Source of the DNA: Mayamaea pseudoterrestris
Lineage: Eukaryota
Length of the DNA: 64,000 nt
Direction of reading: 5' to 3'
Assembly (NCBI GenBank): GCA_027923505.1
Contig: BROI01000029.1
Coordinates: 186,001 to 250,000, forward strand
Part shown: piece after piece, positions 11,640 through 23,699 of the stretch
Position numbering within the stretch: the stretch's first letter is position 1
How the letters are laid out: each line of letters opens with the position of its first letter
Made by a program: the position numbers and the translations under genes
The notes under the pieces: model-generated
Told to the model about the DNA's origin: nothing
Databases searched by the model: none
The model's input: the letters and a program-made list of their open reading frames with translations, nothing else

Positions 11640-12365
11640 ATGAAGCAGCATCAGCTGCCTCATCATACCGGCAAGCCGTTTCTGCGACTTAGGACGGCTT
11701 TTGCTCGAGGCAACTCGGAGAGCTCGTTTGACGTGCAAGCCATACAACCCGCAAAGAAGGAATTGACGCCGTCAAACGTGGGCGAGCCAGTGACCGAAAC
11801 AAAGGCTGTTTCCTTTCGACTGGATTTGAATGAAGAATATACGGATACAAAAGAGCCTCGAAATTATGAGGAATGTAGAAGATGCTTTGTAAATGTGAGT
11901 ACATGGCATGGTTAACAGAACAGCTACTACGGTAGTCTCTGGCGCGCAATCTAATTCGGTCCGTTTTTCTCTTGCAGCGCGATGACTATCAGGCATTTGC
12001 TCGAGACTCTGCTCTTTGTATTGAAAGCTATCGTCGAACGGCGCAGCAGGGAAAGGAATGGACAGACGAAGACGGCGTCAGCAGTGTGCGCGGCCTGGAG
12101 GAATTCACAACGAGGATAAACCACCACCGATCGTCGGCTGCTATCTGCTATTCGACGCACACAACGGCAAGCTGTTTTGAAGGCGCAAGAGAAATTGAAA
12201 CAACGATCGATGAGCAATGATTTAATACAAGAGACTTTGCGCAAGATTTCAGTTAACTTGTCAAAGGATTCAGTTCACCAGGCGTTGGCACTGGCGCGTG
12301 ATGATGCACAGCAGAGATCGAGTCTGCGGACGAGGCTTTGGAAGACTCCATCCTTTAGAAAGTAG
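11640..12365 (+). pseudogene. Diatom-type orphan protein (VSF...RGLE...AVL..Q family) with intron 11894-11978 and an apparent 1-nt frameshift near 12118
   Basis: Exon 1 has VSFRLDLNEEY and exon 2 has VRGLEEF. The expected tail RQAVLKAQ...SVHQALALARDD lies in another frame. This may be a sequencing error rather than a pseudogene. Confidence 0.5.
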
Positions 12366-12603
12366 GAACTAAATTCTCATAACTAATAGACTATAGAGTA
12401 AGGCTTGTTTACAATGAATGATTGCATTATGTTCAGATGAATGGCCGGCCTGCATTCTGCAATTACAGTAGTAGTAGTTACTGCACTCATCGGTTTCGCT
12501 CGCGTCCCCCACAAATGACTCATCTTCTTCGCTTTCAATGTAGTACCACATCTCTTTGTAGGTTGTCGTGATGATCCACGTGAGGCTGTTGTCGTTTGAT
12601 ATG

Positions 12604-12860
12604 GCTCAAGGTATGGGCATTTGAAAAATTGAAAGGCATGGCGGCTGCTGGCTGAGACTGGTGACAAGTTATCACCAATCACATTGCAGTCCACTCAGAA
12701 CCAGCCAGTCAACTTATCTTGTAGCGCACCTGAGTTAGGAATGTTAGCACCTTTCTGGCTTGATTTGGGCATACACATAGCTCAAGGTATGGACATTTGA
12801 AAGGCTTGGCAGCTGCTGGCTGAGACTGGTGACAAGTTCATCAATCACCTTGCAGTCCAC
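12604..12860. repeat. Direct repeat, 176-bp period (about 1.5 copies)
   Basis: GCTCAAGGTATGG(G/A)CATTTGAAA...GCTGCTGGCTGAGACTGGTGACAAGTT...TTGCAGTCCAC starts at 12604 and again at 12780. Confidence 0.85.
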
Positions 12861-13077
12861 GGAGACACCAGACTTATTGTCTTTACTGCTTTTGTTTCAA
12901 ATGCGTTGCTATGACGCTACTGTCATTGCTCGTTACATCAGGATGTGGCGATGTTATTCGAGTCTACGGTTAGTACATTACAGTATACGAGATTAAACGG
13001 CATTCTTGCGTCATCGCAAACCAATTTCAATGTACTTTGACTTCGACATTTTTACATTGTACATAACCGTGTCGTTA

Positions 13078-13392
13078 CTATAGTCCCTTGGCTCTTGTCG
13101 TGTAGATATCAAAGTCCCTTGTAATGTACACGGGCGCAGAAAGCGGTCGCGTATTTTGGTAGGTTTGAATGGGCCGCAGCATGCTTCCTTCTCGAGAAAA
13201 CTCTCCCACAAGTAAGATGACAAATCCCAAAGCTACTTCCAGTAGAACGTCGGTTGGTGGACTCTCGGGGTCCGGAACGTTGGATGCACCAGATTCCAAG
13301 AGTTCTTGAACCAGCTCTCGATACGTCATGCAGCTGTAGGCAGCGTGAATGAATAACACGGCACCAGTGATGGAAAGGAGTTGTGAAGACAT
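13078..13392 (-). CDS. EMC5: ER membrane protein complex subunit 5 / membrane Mg transporter (MMgT) family
   Basis: 104-aa protein with GAVLFIHAAYS, PTDVLLEVALG and C-terminal R.FDIY..R, matching the MMGT1/EMC5 pattern. Confidence 0.8.
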   Translation of the reverse strand: MSSQLLSITGAVLFIHAAYSCMTYRELVQELLESGASNVPDPESPPTDVLLEVALGFVILLVGEFSREGSMLRPIQTYQNTRPLSAPVYITRDFDIYTTRAKGL

Positions 13393-13665
13393 GACCACTG
13401 TATGCGACGATTTGTGTATCCGTAAGGAAGGATGACGGGTGAATGGATGGCACGTTTTGCATTATCTGTTCTGCCATGGTCGATTGGAGGCCCTCATTAA
13501 TGAGCGTCGTATCGGTACTATTAATGTGTCACAGAAGTCACATCTCGCGAGCCAGCCGAGCTGCGCCAACTTCACTTCTTCCGCAAACGATTGGGAGTTT
13601 GATCGTCAAGCAAACAGACTCTAGCCATCCAACTCATAACGTCAGCCTCTGATTCTCCCGTTATC

Positions 13666-16600
13666 ATGGAGGAAGACTATGGTTTCGATCCTTATATGGA
13701 CGCTGCGGACGATGCGTCGGTAGGATCACTTGCCTACGTTGCAACGCCGTCGGCTTCCATTCGTCGCTCGAAAACGACGAGAAAGGGAGGCGCCACCAGC
13801 GACGACGACTCGCAGGACAGCACATCACCCGAGAACTTAGTGCGAAAACAGACTCGAGGCTTTCTTTGCTATAAGCGGATTATTATTGTACTCACTGTCG
13901 CGGGTGGAACTTTCTTGTCCATCTCGACCTATCGCCATTCGGATTTGAACGACGCTGCAATTTCAACTGGAATTGTCGCAGGCTTTTTTGTTGCGATTCT
14001 CTTGGCGTTTTGGAGGTACGATGTTCTCGTGAATCGACGCAACAAGTTCATCTTGGATATTGCCAAAAGATCGCGAAACATTGTCGACGAGCTTTTCCCT
14101 GGAGGCTTTCGTGATCGCTTGCTAAACCAAGATCAAAGTACGGAACGACGCGGGTCCAAGACGAACAGTGGGACAGATGGGGCTGATGATCCCTTTCCAA
14201 TTACAGACTTTGCGAAATTGACCAGAATGAATACACTGGCGAACCAACAGACACACTCCGAATTAGTTAACACTTCTGGCAAGGGTTCAACGGTGAAAAT
14301 CGTTTTGAAGGCAAATGGCGACAAAAAGTTGATTGCTCAAATGGTGCAGAACAGCACCAAGGATCAGCCAATGGCCGAGTTGTTCTCGAACACGACGGTC
14401 TTGTTTGCTGATATTGCTGGTAAGGTTACTATTATGGCATTCGCTCCTACGAATGATGCTTATTATATCTACTCATCAATTACCACTTTTCCGATCCAGG
14501 ATTTACGGCATGGTCGTCAGAGAGAGACCCGCCCGCAGTGTTCACATTGCTCGAGACGGCATATGCGGCGTTTGATGACATGGCAGAGAAACTCAAGGTC
14601 TTTAAGGTATGTAGCTAACTATTCATCAATGCATCTTGGTTGTTAGACGTAATAATCACGTTCATTTTCGCCTCTACCGGTAGGTTGAAACGATTGGCGA
14701 TTGCTACATGTGCGTAACTGGACTTCCCGAACCCGATGAGAATCACGCTGTGAACATGGCTCGATTCGCATATCAGATCGTGACCAAGATGGAAAGTATC
14801 TGTCTCGAGCTTGAAGGGTACGTGAGGTATAAATTAGCCACTGGTCTTTCAACGACTCTCACTCACACATGTGCCAATGTAGAAAACTCGGTCCGGGGAC
14901 GGAAGTGTTGGCAATGCGGGTCGGTTGCCACTCCGGACCAGTTACAGCGGGGGTGCTGCGAAACCAGAAAAGCCGCTTCCAGGTAAGCACGAGACTCGTC
15001 TTTACAATTTGTTTGTAACGGAACGGGCGATGGATCCGACATCTCACAACGTACACTATTTTCGGACAGCTCTTTGGTGACACTGTAAACACTGCTTCCC
15101 GCATGGAATCAACCGGTCAAAAGGGCTGCATACAGGTTAGTGAAGATACGGCAGTACTCTTAAAGCAGGCTGGGAAAGCGCACTGGGTGCAGGAGCGTCT
15201 GGATCGGGTGCAAGCAAAGGGCAAGGGGAAGATGCAGACTTACTGGCTGGATCCACGCAACGGACGCGGTGGTGAAGTGCGCAGTGCAATCTCTTCCGAC
15301 GATGAGGGACCTAATGTGGATGAGAGCGATAATGTCCAACAGGCACTTCCTCCTCGGCAGAGTAGGATTCGCCGACATAATACTCTGGCAAACTCTCGTA
15401 GACCTTTTACGGCGAGGGATCCGAGCATAGCGAAAATTTCCAATATCATGACAGACGATCGCAAAAATCGGCTAATTGATTGGACTGCCGATGTTTTACT
15501 ACATCATTTAGAAAACGTGGTCAAGTGTCGGGTTGCGCCTAACTCAGCAACAACCAAGTCTATCAAAACGGTCGATTACTCAAAGGAAACGGGCGAGCTT
15601 CCTCCAATATTTGACTCAGTAACAGAAATCCTTTCTATGCCAAAATTTGATCCTTATGCAGTGCGGCGCTGCCACGACGAACTGCCTGGCGGAGCATTGG
15701 AGGGGTTGCGGGAAGTCGTGCGCGAATTTGTCTCTGAAATCGCCAACCTATACAATGACAACAGTTTCCATTGCTTCGAACATGCCGGTCACGTCACGTT
15801 AGCCATGGACAAGCTGATAGCTCGCATGTCATCTACCGCTCAAACGGACCAGGAGCTGCATGAAAGGACATTTGGTCTGAGCAGCGACTTTATTTCACGT
15901 TTCGCACTTGTGTTTGCGGCATTCATCCATGACGTTGGCCATCCTGGCGTAACCAATGCTCAGTTAATCGCTGAAGATGATCCCATGGCTCGGAAATTTA
16001 ATGACAAATCCATCGTAGAGCAGCATTCGTTTGAAATAGCCTGGCGAGTGTTAATGAAACCACGTTATCGCGTCTTTCGCGAGCAAATTTATTGCACGAA
16101 CGCGGAAAGGAAGCGCTTCAGACAGGTCTTGATCAACGCCGTTATGGCGACGGACATTTCAGATCGAAGTCTATTGCAGCAGCGTGCCCTTCGTTGGGAA
16201 AAAGCATTCAAAAAGGTTGACAGTGACCATATGCATACGTCGCAGGAAAGCGGCAGAAACCGAGTGACGCGGGATGCTGACAATCGCAAGGCAACCGTCG
16301 TCATTGACACGCTCATGCAGCTTGCCGACGTTGCGCATACTCTTCAGCACTGGAACATATACCGCAAATGGAATGAAAAGCTTTTTAATGAAGTCATGTT
16401 GGCATGGAAGCATGGACGCATGTCGGTGAGCCCAATGAAAGAAGGAATGTGGTATAAAGGCGATCTTGCCTTTTTTGACTACTTTGTCATTCCACTTGCG
16501 CAAAGACTTCTTGAATGCGGCATCTTCGGAAGCAGCGGTAGTCAATATTTAGCGTTTGCTATTGCGAATAAAAAACAATGGGAGCAGGTTGGGCCCGAGA

Positions 16601-16989
16601 GTGTGAGCCGTATGATCGGATCATTCAAGACTATGCATGATAAAGAGCTGTCCGAGGCCGACAATGACGCTAACACCATCGAGCAAATGGTTTTGTTGAC
16701 CATGGGACGAGTAACCGAGGAGAAGTCGTGTGAGAAATCCATTGTTGAACTTGTTGTTGAACAACTTGTCACTCGGCAATCCACAAAGAGAATGAAGAGC
16801 AACGTCGCGACGGACATTGACTTCAATACTTCATCCAAAGAATGGGTTTCAAAAGATCCTTTGAGAGGAAGTGGAGTCGAGTCGTCAGCCTTCACATATG
16901 GCGATAGTGTTGCAAGTGTAGCCCTTACCAGTATGGGTGACGAGAATTTGGTTATTCGCGGGGACATTTCGAATGCTAGTAGTTTATGA
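13666..16989 (+). CDS. Membrane nucleotide cyclase-cyclic nucleotide phosphodiesterase fusion (5 exons; introns 14420-14499, 14607-14683, 14818-14882, 14983-15069)
   Basis: Spliced class III cyclase motifs [29 protein letters not shown] and [17 protein letters not shown]; PDEase motifs [23 protein letters not shown] and QLADVAH; two N-terminal TM segments. Confidence 0.92.
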
Positions 16990-17390
16990 GTCAACGACTG
17001 GATGTGTAAAGCAAAAACTAGTTTTAATAATTCTCTTTATCGGATGTAGCCAAGTTACGTTGAAGATGGTCAGTGATTGGTTTTCGTCCAACGTTGCGTC
17101 GCGGTCGCGGTCAAAACTCCGTATGTCTCCCGTCATGGTTTTGCCTTCCATAAGCAGACTATTTGTATTGTCTATGCTCCATGCATAGTACGTCAAAATA
17201 AAAAGAGTCCGCAGTGATATGTGGATCGTAGAAGCAAATCTCGGCGTCGGGACAACGACCTTCTTCGTGCAAGCGAACGCCGAAAAAGATCGCACGCATG
17301 CCCCGTCTGCTAACCTCGCAAAGTTTCACATTAGTAATTCATACCAAACAATTTACAAGTAGCTATAGCTTTGTTTCATGATTAAAATAA

Positions 17391-18344
17391 CTAGAAAATA
17401 CCAAGACCAGTCGTGACAGCAAACACAATGAACAAGCTACCTCCGATGAAACCCAATGCTCGCTCCGAAACATACTTTGCCAAGACGGCGCCTCCCGACA
17501 CGGCAATCCCAGTCGCCAAGGCATGCGCTGCAATGGCTCCTCCAGCAACAGCCACGGGGTTTTGTGCGGCGCTTAGAGCAATCGTTGACAGAAAGCTTCG
17601 GTCACCAAACTCGGCGGCAAAGACGAGCGCGAAAATACTGGCCAATTGTCCCCACGGCGTTACTTGCTTGACGCTTTCGGAACCTTCCACTGCTTCCTGC
17701 GCATCGGCAAACTCCTCGTCCATGGTGGATGCGCCTGGTTCCATGTCAAAGGCTTCCTTGAGCGTCTTGATACCAAAGAACAAAAAGGCCAAGCATGCGG
17801 CAACATCATCCAGAGGAAATCCATTGGCAAAACCATCAGGAACGGCGTGAAAGATTTGTCCAATTCCCACTGACACTAGCGTCATGGCAGCCAGTGCCGC
17901 CATGGAACCTAGGAATGAAATGAGACGCGAAGTCTTGGCGCTCAATAAACCGGCAATGAAGAATGTCTTGTCTCCAATTTCCGATAGAAATACAAGAGAA
18001 AATGCTTGATAAAAACCAGTTTCACTCAAACTGGATAGCCATGCGGGAGTGGCAGCGACGCCAGGCAAGTTGATAGCGTTGGCAGCTGGTGCAATGAGGG
18101 ATGATGCGGCGGTGGATAGAATGACTGCCATGGCCATGGACATTGTTTTGCTTGCCATGCTGGTGGAAGAGCGAGTCGATATCGCAGCTGATGCAGATGA
18201 TTCAGTTAGCCGGGGTTCTGATTCTTCCGGCTTGCTCATTGTCAGCCGTGGCTGTTGTTGCCGCGACATGCGTGACGGCGCAGCTAAATGAGTTGATGAA
18301 ACGGCGTTATTTGATGATGCACGAGATGTATGCAAAGGTTGCAT
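17391..18344 (-). CDS. GDT1/UPF0016 Ca2+/Mn2+ transporter, probably plastid (PAM71/CMT1-like); start uncertain
   Basis: Two family signatures (SEIGDKTFF and AEFGDRSF) and a Ser/Arg-rich transit-like N-terminus. Confidence 0.88.
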   Translation of the reverse strand: MQPLHTSRASSNNAVSSTHLAAPSRMSRQQQPRLTMSKPEESEPRLTESSASAAISTRSSTSMASKTMSMAMAVILSTAASSLIAPAANAINLPGVAATPAWLSSLSETGFYQAFSLVFLSEIGDKTFFIAGLLSAKTSRLISFLGSMAALAAMTLVSVGIGQIFHAVPDGFANGFPLDDVAACLAFLFFGIKTLKEAFDMEPGASTMDEEFADAQEAVEGSESVKQVTPWGQLASIFALVFAAEFGDRSFLSTIALSAAQNPVAVAGGAIAAHALATGIAVSGGAVLAKYVSERALGFIGGSLFIVFAVTTGLGIF

Positions 18345-18899
18345 TGAACTTGAATATGAGAAGAAGGCGGGTTAGATGAATCTTAAAAGGCATTTCGTCT
18401 CTCAATGAAACAAAAATGCCACTTCAATTAAACCATATCGGATCATGATCATGGAGTGGCCAATCGGTGGTGCAGAAAACATGAGAATGACTTACCTAAA
18501 GCCTCGTGCTGTCGATACAAGCAGCAAGCCTGCTAATATGCGAGTCATTCTGATGGCAAACGATTTCATTCTGCTGTACTTGGTCGCTTCCAATGAGGCG
18601 TCAGAGGTGCAAATGGCTCATGGTCGAAATTGACGACGGCGTTTGGATTTGCGACGATGGGCGCAAACGTCATGAGTCACGAGCGGACAACGATTCAATC
18701 GTACGTCTTCGTCCGTTTCTAAATTTTGACTGCTTGTGTGACCTAATAAGAGAGAGCACGACCTAACTGTAAATTAGTTTAGGTCAAATTCAAGTTGTCA
18801 CTTTATAGTTTGTCAAAGATGGCTGTTGAATGAAGTTATTAATTGAGACAGCCTATGCTATGCATTGGAAGGTCAGATCCTTGCAGTTTGTAGGTTTTT

Positions 18900-19858
18900 G
18901 CCATGGCAGCCAGGCTGGTGGATACTGGGGTGATAGTCGCCCCAGCATTGGATCAAAATGTCATCCGACATCATAGGAAACAGGTTAATTGGCTTAGCAG
19001 GCAAGGTTGATGATCCTGTAGCCAAAACATGGTGCACTGCTAGCAAATTCAACAACTTGTGCGGAGTCTCATGGCACAATGCTGCGTTCCACACCACAAT
19101 TGACATGACTAATGGTCGAATTGTTTCAAATGTATTTTGATTACAATATTCTCGGGTCTGCAGGCCCTTCTGGCAGTCTGTGTACTAGGTGAGGTGCACA
19201 AATGGCAGATCCAACTAGTTATTGGATCTGCCGAGTCTCACCATGGCAGCCAGGCTGGTGGATATTGGGGTGATATTCACCCCAGCATTGGATCAAAATG
19301 TCAACATACATCATTGGAAACAGGTTAATTGGCTTAGCAGGCAAGGCTGATGACCCTGTAGCCAAAGCATGGTGCACTGCTAGCACATTCAACAACTTGT
19401 TGAATGTGCGGAGTCTCATGGCAAAATGCTGCATTCCACACCACAATTGACATGACTATGGGTCGAATTGTATCATATGTAATTTGGTTTCAATATTCTC
19501 GGGTCTGCAGGCCCTTCTGGCAGTCTGTATACCAGGTGAGGTGCACCACTAGCAGATCCAACAAGTTATTGGATCTGCCGAGTCTCACCATGACAGCCAG
19601 GCTGGTGGATACTGGGGTGATAGTTGCCCCAGCATTGGATCAAAAAGTCAACCAACATCATTGGATACAGGTTAATTGGCTTAGCAGGCAAGGCAGATGA
19701 TCCTGTAGCCAAAGCATGGTGCACTACTAGCACATTCAACAACTTGTTGAATGTGCGGAGTCTCATGGCACAATACTGCGTTCCACACCACAATTGACAT
19801 GACTAATGGTCGAATTGTTTCAAATGTATTTTGATTACAATATTCTCGGGTCTGCAGG
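18900..19858. repeat. Satellite-like tandem array, 347-bp higher-order unit (178+169 bp), about 2.8 copies
   Basis: CTCGGGTCTGCAGG recurs at about 19151, 19498 and 19846. Alternating palindromic cores start at 19043, 19205, 19383, 19552 and 19730. Confidence 0.92.
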
Positions 19859-19900
19859 CGCTAGGCCAAGAAACAGCGGTAGATCACTAGGACTTATGAC

Positions 19901-20141
19901 TGCGTATATCTTATCTAGTCCTGCAATCATCAGTGCCTACATCTGTTATTAATGCAGAATCGCACTCATCAGATGAAGTCCGAAATCGTTAAAAGTCAAG
20001 GCACATTATGTGTCTGCGTATATCTTATCTAGTCCTGGAATCAGCGGTGCCTACATCTTGTTATCGATGCAGAATCGCACTCATTTATATTCCGGCTAAG
20101 ATGAAGTCCGAAATCGTTAAAAGTCAAGGCACATTATGTGT
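19901..20141. repeat. Tandem duplication of ~113 bp (second copy with a ~14-bp insertion)
   Basis: TGCGTATATCTTATCTAGTCCTG...GATGAAGTCCGAAATCGTTAAAAGTCAAGGCACATTATGTGT occurs twice head-to-tail. Confidence 0.9.
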
Positions 20142-20159
20142 TGCTGTTTTGCTATAAAT

Positions 20160-20794
20160 TCACGTCAACGATGCCTTTCTCTTTTTGCCCTTTTTCTTCT
20201 TTGATTGAACAAGTGGCACCAAGTCAAAGTTCAAGTCAATGAGCTTACCGCCAGCAACTTTGACTGGATCTTCACTTGGAAGACTGTCGGCCGTTGCGTT
20301 GGCGAATGCTTCTCCCCATTGGCGCACCATTTCGGCAATATGCTCGAGAAAGTCGTTTGATCCGTCGGGAAAGGGAGACACACCAAGAAAGTGGCCTTCA
20401 GATTTTATCTTGCCGTTGCGGACATTGTATTCGGCTGGAAACTCCAAGGGCTTTGAAGCATCATCAACTCGCTTGAAGGAGGGATCACGTTCTCGCTCCA
20501 CCCATAAGCCTCTGTTTCGAGCGCGGTCGGCAAGCAGCTCCGAAAATGATTCATATATTCCAGTGCTTGTCCGATATACTTCCTCCACAGCTGCTAGTGC
20601 TCGCCTCCCATCATCCGAATCACATACTCGACACTTTGTTCGAGCGGCGCCTCGAAGCATGGCAGCGACTTGAAAGGTTCGCATTTCAAGTTTACTCCAA
20701 TACTTGAACAATAGAGCTTGCTTGATGCCCGCATGATCATGTCAACCATGCCGTTCTCGACATTCTGCGTGACGGCCAGGTCAAAATCTACCAT
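20160..20794 (-). pseudogene. Gene fragment or frameshifted hypothetical protein with a basic NLS-like C-terminus
   Basis: About 185 open codons of protein-like composition ending SKKKKGKKRKASLT. The upstream ATG ORF (20594-20794) is in a different frame. Confidence 0.35.
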
Positions 20795-21009
20795 ACATAT
20801 AGATATAGCTACATTAAATTAGATAAACCGAGACAAATGATAATGTTGACTAGTTATAATACCGTTCAAGCGTACCTAAAAGAACAGGAGAGCAAGCTGC
20901 AGCATAAAAAATCCTTGGGTCGCGCTCCACTCCACCGCGCATTGACCAAACGAACACAGTCAAGCAAACAGAACAACCGCTTGCCGTCAAATCTTTCCAA
21001 GCTTCCAGC

Positions 21010-21444
21010 TTACTCTTCTCCTTCCTTGGTAATCTCCACCGAAGAAGTATCCTTATCGGTCTTGGCCGAGGAATCCGTCGCCGCCTCATCATCGGGCTTC
21101 TCACCGTCATTGGCTTCCAAGAAGGCAACTTTCTTGTTGCTCTCAGGAGCGTCCGCCGGCTGCGGATCAGGGCTGGAGCGCTTCTTCTCGGTCGGAGAGC
21201 CTTCCTTCTTCTCCGGGGAGGCAAGCTTCTCCTCCTTGGCTGGACTGGATTCGTCCGTCTTGGCAACATCATCGATCAAATCCTTCTTGCTCGCATCCTC
21301 GTCCTTGTCCTCGGACTCGAGTTCCTCCTTGGTCGCCGCAGGCTCGTCCTCCTTCTTTTCTTCAATGAGCACCTCCTTCTTGCTGTCCGTCGCGACCTCG
21401 ATGGTCTCCGCCAAGGCCTTGTTGTCAGTGGTTTCAGTCGTCAT
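21010..21444 (-). CDS. Small acidic/Lys-rich low-complexity hypothetical protein
   Basis: MTTETTDNK...EGEE, with strong GAG/AAG codon bias typical of an expressed gene. Confidence 0.65.
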   Translation of the reverse strand: MTTETTDNKALAETIEVATDSKKEVLIEEKKEDEPAATKEELESEDKDEDASKKDLIDDVAKTDESSPAKEEKLASPEKKEGSPTEKKRSSPDPQPADAPESNKKVAFLEANDGEKPDDEAATDSSAKTDKDTSSVEITKEGEE

Positions 21445-21759
21445 GGTAGTGGTGGAGTTGCTGTAGCCGGAGCGGATCACGAATTTGTGAACTCGGTGAG
21501 TGAATCGTCTCGTACTCGCAAGTGAGCGCAAGGCGTAGCTTGCGTGGAAATCCTACCAGAACATAACAAAAAACGCTAATGAGTGCAAAAATGACGTTAG
21601 CTATGTACCATTGTGGTCGTCATTTTTAGTGAAACGTATATGAATGCTTTTCAAAACAGTTTTAGACCTTGTACGATATATGTTTATCTTGCTAGCATCT
21701 ATACATTACAAGAATTGCCTAGTTACACAATTCACTAATTCACTAAAATAAGTTGCACC

Positions 21760-23699
21760 TTAAAGTCTCGCGATGTAACCGTAAGGACAGCAAGGGCGCG
21801 TATTACTCGGACCTTCAGCAGGCGGAATGTCGCGCGGCGGATTCAATTCTGCAACATGCACATCCAAAGTATCATCCGGTGGCGACATTGCTTCAATCTT
21901 GGACTCAACCGCCTGCCCATACTCTGGATCAACTAGCGAAAACATTTCAATCGCTCGCTTGCGGATGAACGACTGCGCACCCGACAAATGTCCCGCGATA
22001 TTATCTGTCAAGCGCCCCTGCTCCTCCGGCGACAACATGCGGAAAAAGGCGCGACACTGACTGTAGTTATCTTCATCGCCAGTGTCGATACGCTCGACTT
22101 GGCCACTAATAGAGTCGCGGTGCCATGTTGGCGCCTTTGACTCCTGCGGTTGCGGCCCTTGGTATGAGTTAGGAAAATAGTTGGGAGCGCCGTTTCCGCC
22201 AACCGTCTGCATGAAACCATCGCGGTGGTAGTCGTTCAGCGCCGTCTCCACAATGGGACGGTTTACCGGTATCTGAAGGTAGTTGGGACCAAGTCGATGG
22301 CGATGCGCGTCGGGATACGAAAACAACCGCGCCTGCAGCATCTTGTCGGGCGACGGTTCAACGCCAGGTACCATGTGCGAGGGACTAAAGGCAAGCTGCT
22401 CGACTTCGGTAAAGTAGTCTTTAGGATTGCGATTCAAGACAAAGCGCCCAACTTCGTGCAAGGGAAACTCAGAGTGCGGCCAAATCTTAGTTACATCAAA
22501 AGGGTGGAATTCCACCTCAACCGCCTGTTCGTATGTCATGACTTGCAAATACATGGTCCATGACGGGTACTCGCCTTTTCCAATGGCATTGTACAAGTCA
22601 CGCGTGGCGTAGTCAGGATCGTCCCCAGCCAATTTGCCGGCCACATCAGCCGGCAGGTTTGAAATACCTTGATCGGTCTTGAAGTGGTACTTGACATAGC
22701 AAGGTTCACCTTGAGCGTTCACATTTTTGAACGTATGGCTACCATAACCATTCATGTGTCGGTAACCGTTCGGCGTTCCGCGATCCGAAAACAAGACGGA
22801 GACTTGATGAACAGATTCGGGACGTAACGAGATCCAATCCCAAAACATGTTCGGATCTTTCAGATGCGTCGCTGGGTTTCGCTTTTGCGTATGGATAAAC
22901 GACGGAAACATGAACGGGTCTCTGGATTGGCAAGATTGAACATGAATTACAAGTGAGACAGTGTTGCTGCAGCACAAATGATTCTGTGCCATAGCTTGCT
23001 GCACTTCACTCCTTCCGTTTCTCTCTTACCTCATAAAGAAAATTGGGGTGTTGTTGGCGACAAGATCCCAGTTGCCCTCTTGAGTATAAAACTTGATCGA
23101 AAAGCCTGTTCAAACGTGGCGAGAGGCGAGGAGCGAGGTCAAAAAGGAGACAAATTTTACATCAATACAGCCAACGCGCAATCCACAAGCATATAAACTA
23201 TTGACGACTCAACGAAAACATGCTGCAGTTCACAACTTCAGCTTAAAATGCCAAAGTATCTGGTAAACTCACCTCTCGGGTCGCGCGCCGTATCAGCCGA
23301 TCCCGACTCTCCTCCGACGGTCGAAAAGCGAACTGCCACTGGTGTCTTGGTTCCAACCTTTTGCAAAAAGTCAGCCTTGCAAACACTCGCACCAAAGTCG
23401 GTCGTAACTTCAAAGTAACCAAAGGCTCCAGCTCCCTTGGCATGAACCACGCGCTCCGGAATGCGCTCGTGATCAAAGTGAGCCATGTGGTCCAACAAGG
23501 TGAAATCCTGCAAGACAATCGGACCGCTAATGTTCTTGCTGCCATTGTGCTTGCCCGCCGTCATGCTGGCCGTGAGTGTATCCACTGGCGCTCCGTTGCT
23601 GGCGCGCAAAACGCCGTCGCTGCGAGCAACATCGTCGCTTGACGCAAAGGACGAGAGCTGGGTGGAAACAGGGTCGGTGGGATCAGATGGAGCAGGCAT
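21760..23699 (-). CDS. CAT: Monofunctional heme catalase, peroxisomal (exons 23699-23273, 23105-23030, 22921-21760)
   Basis: Motifs [55 protein letters not shown] and proximal heme [10 protein letters not shown]-terminal PTS1 tripeptide ARL. Confidence 0.97.

Noticed and set aside
16984..17295. 103-aa minus-strand ORF between convergent genes
   Set aside because: Non-ATG start, no recognisable motif, and it lies in probable 3' UTR space.
18900..19858. CRISPR-like array or repeat-encoded protein
   Set aside because: The spacers alternate between two repeated sequences rather than being unique. The 347-bp period does not preserve frame and the short ORFs are by-products.
19965..20115. Minimal hammerhead ribozyme (GATGAAGTCCGAAA, twice)
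   Set aside because: The core reads CAGATGA/AAGATGA rather than CTGATGA, and I could not build convincing flanking stems.
21587..21627. 10-bp inverted repeat AAAAATGACG...CGTCATTTTT
   Set aside because: Short and isolated. It may be paired TGACG promoter motifs but cannot be supported further.
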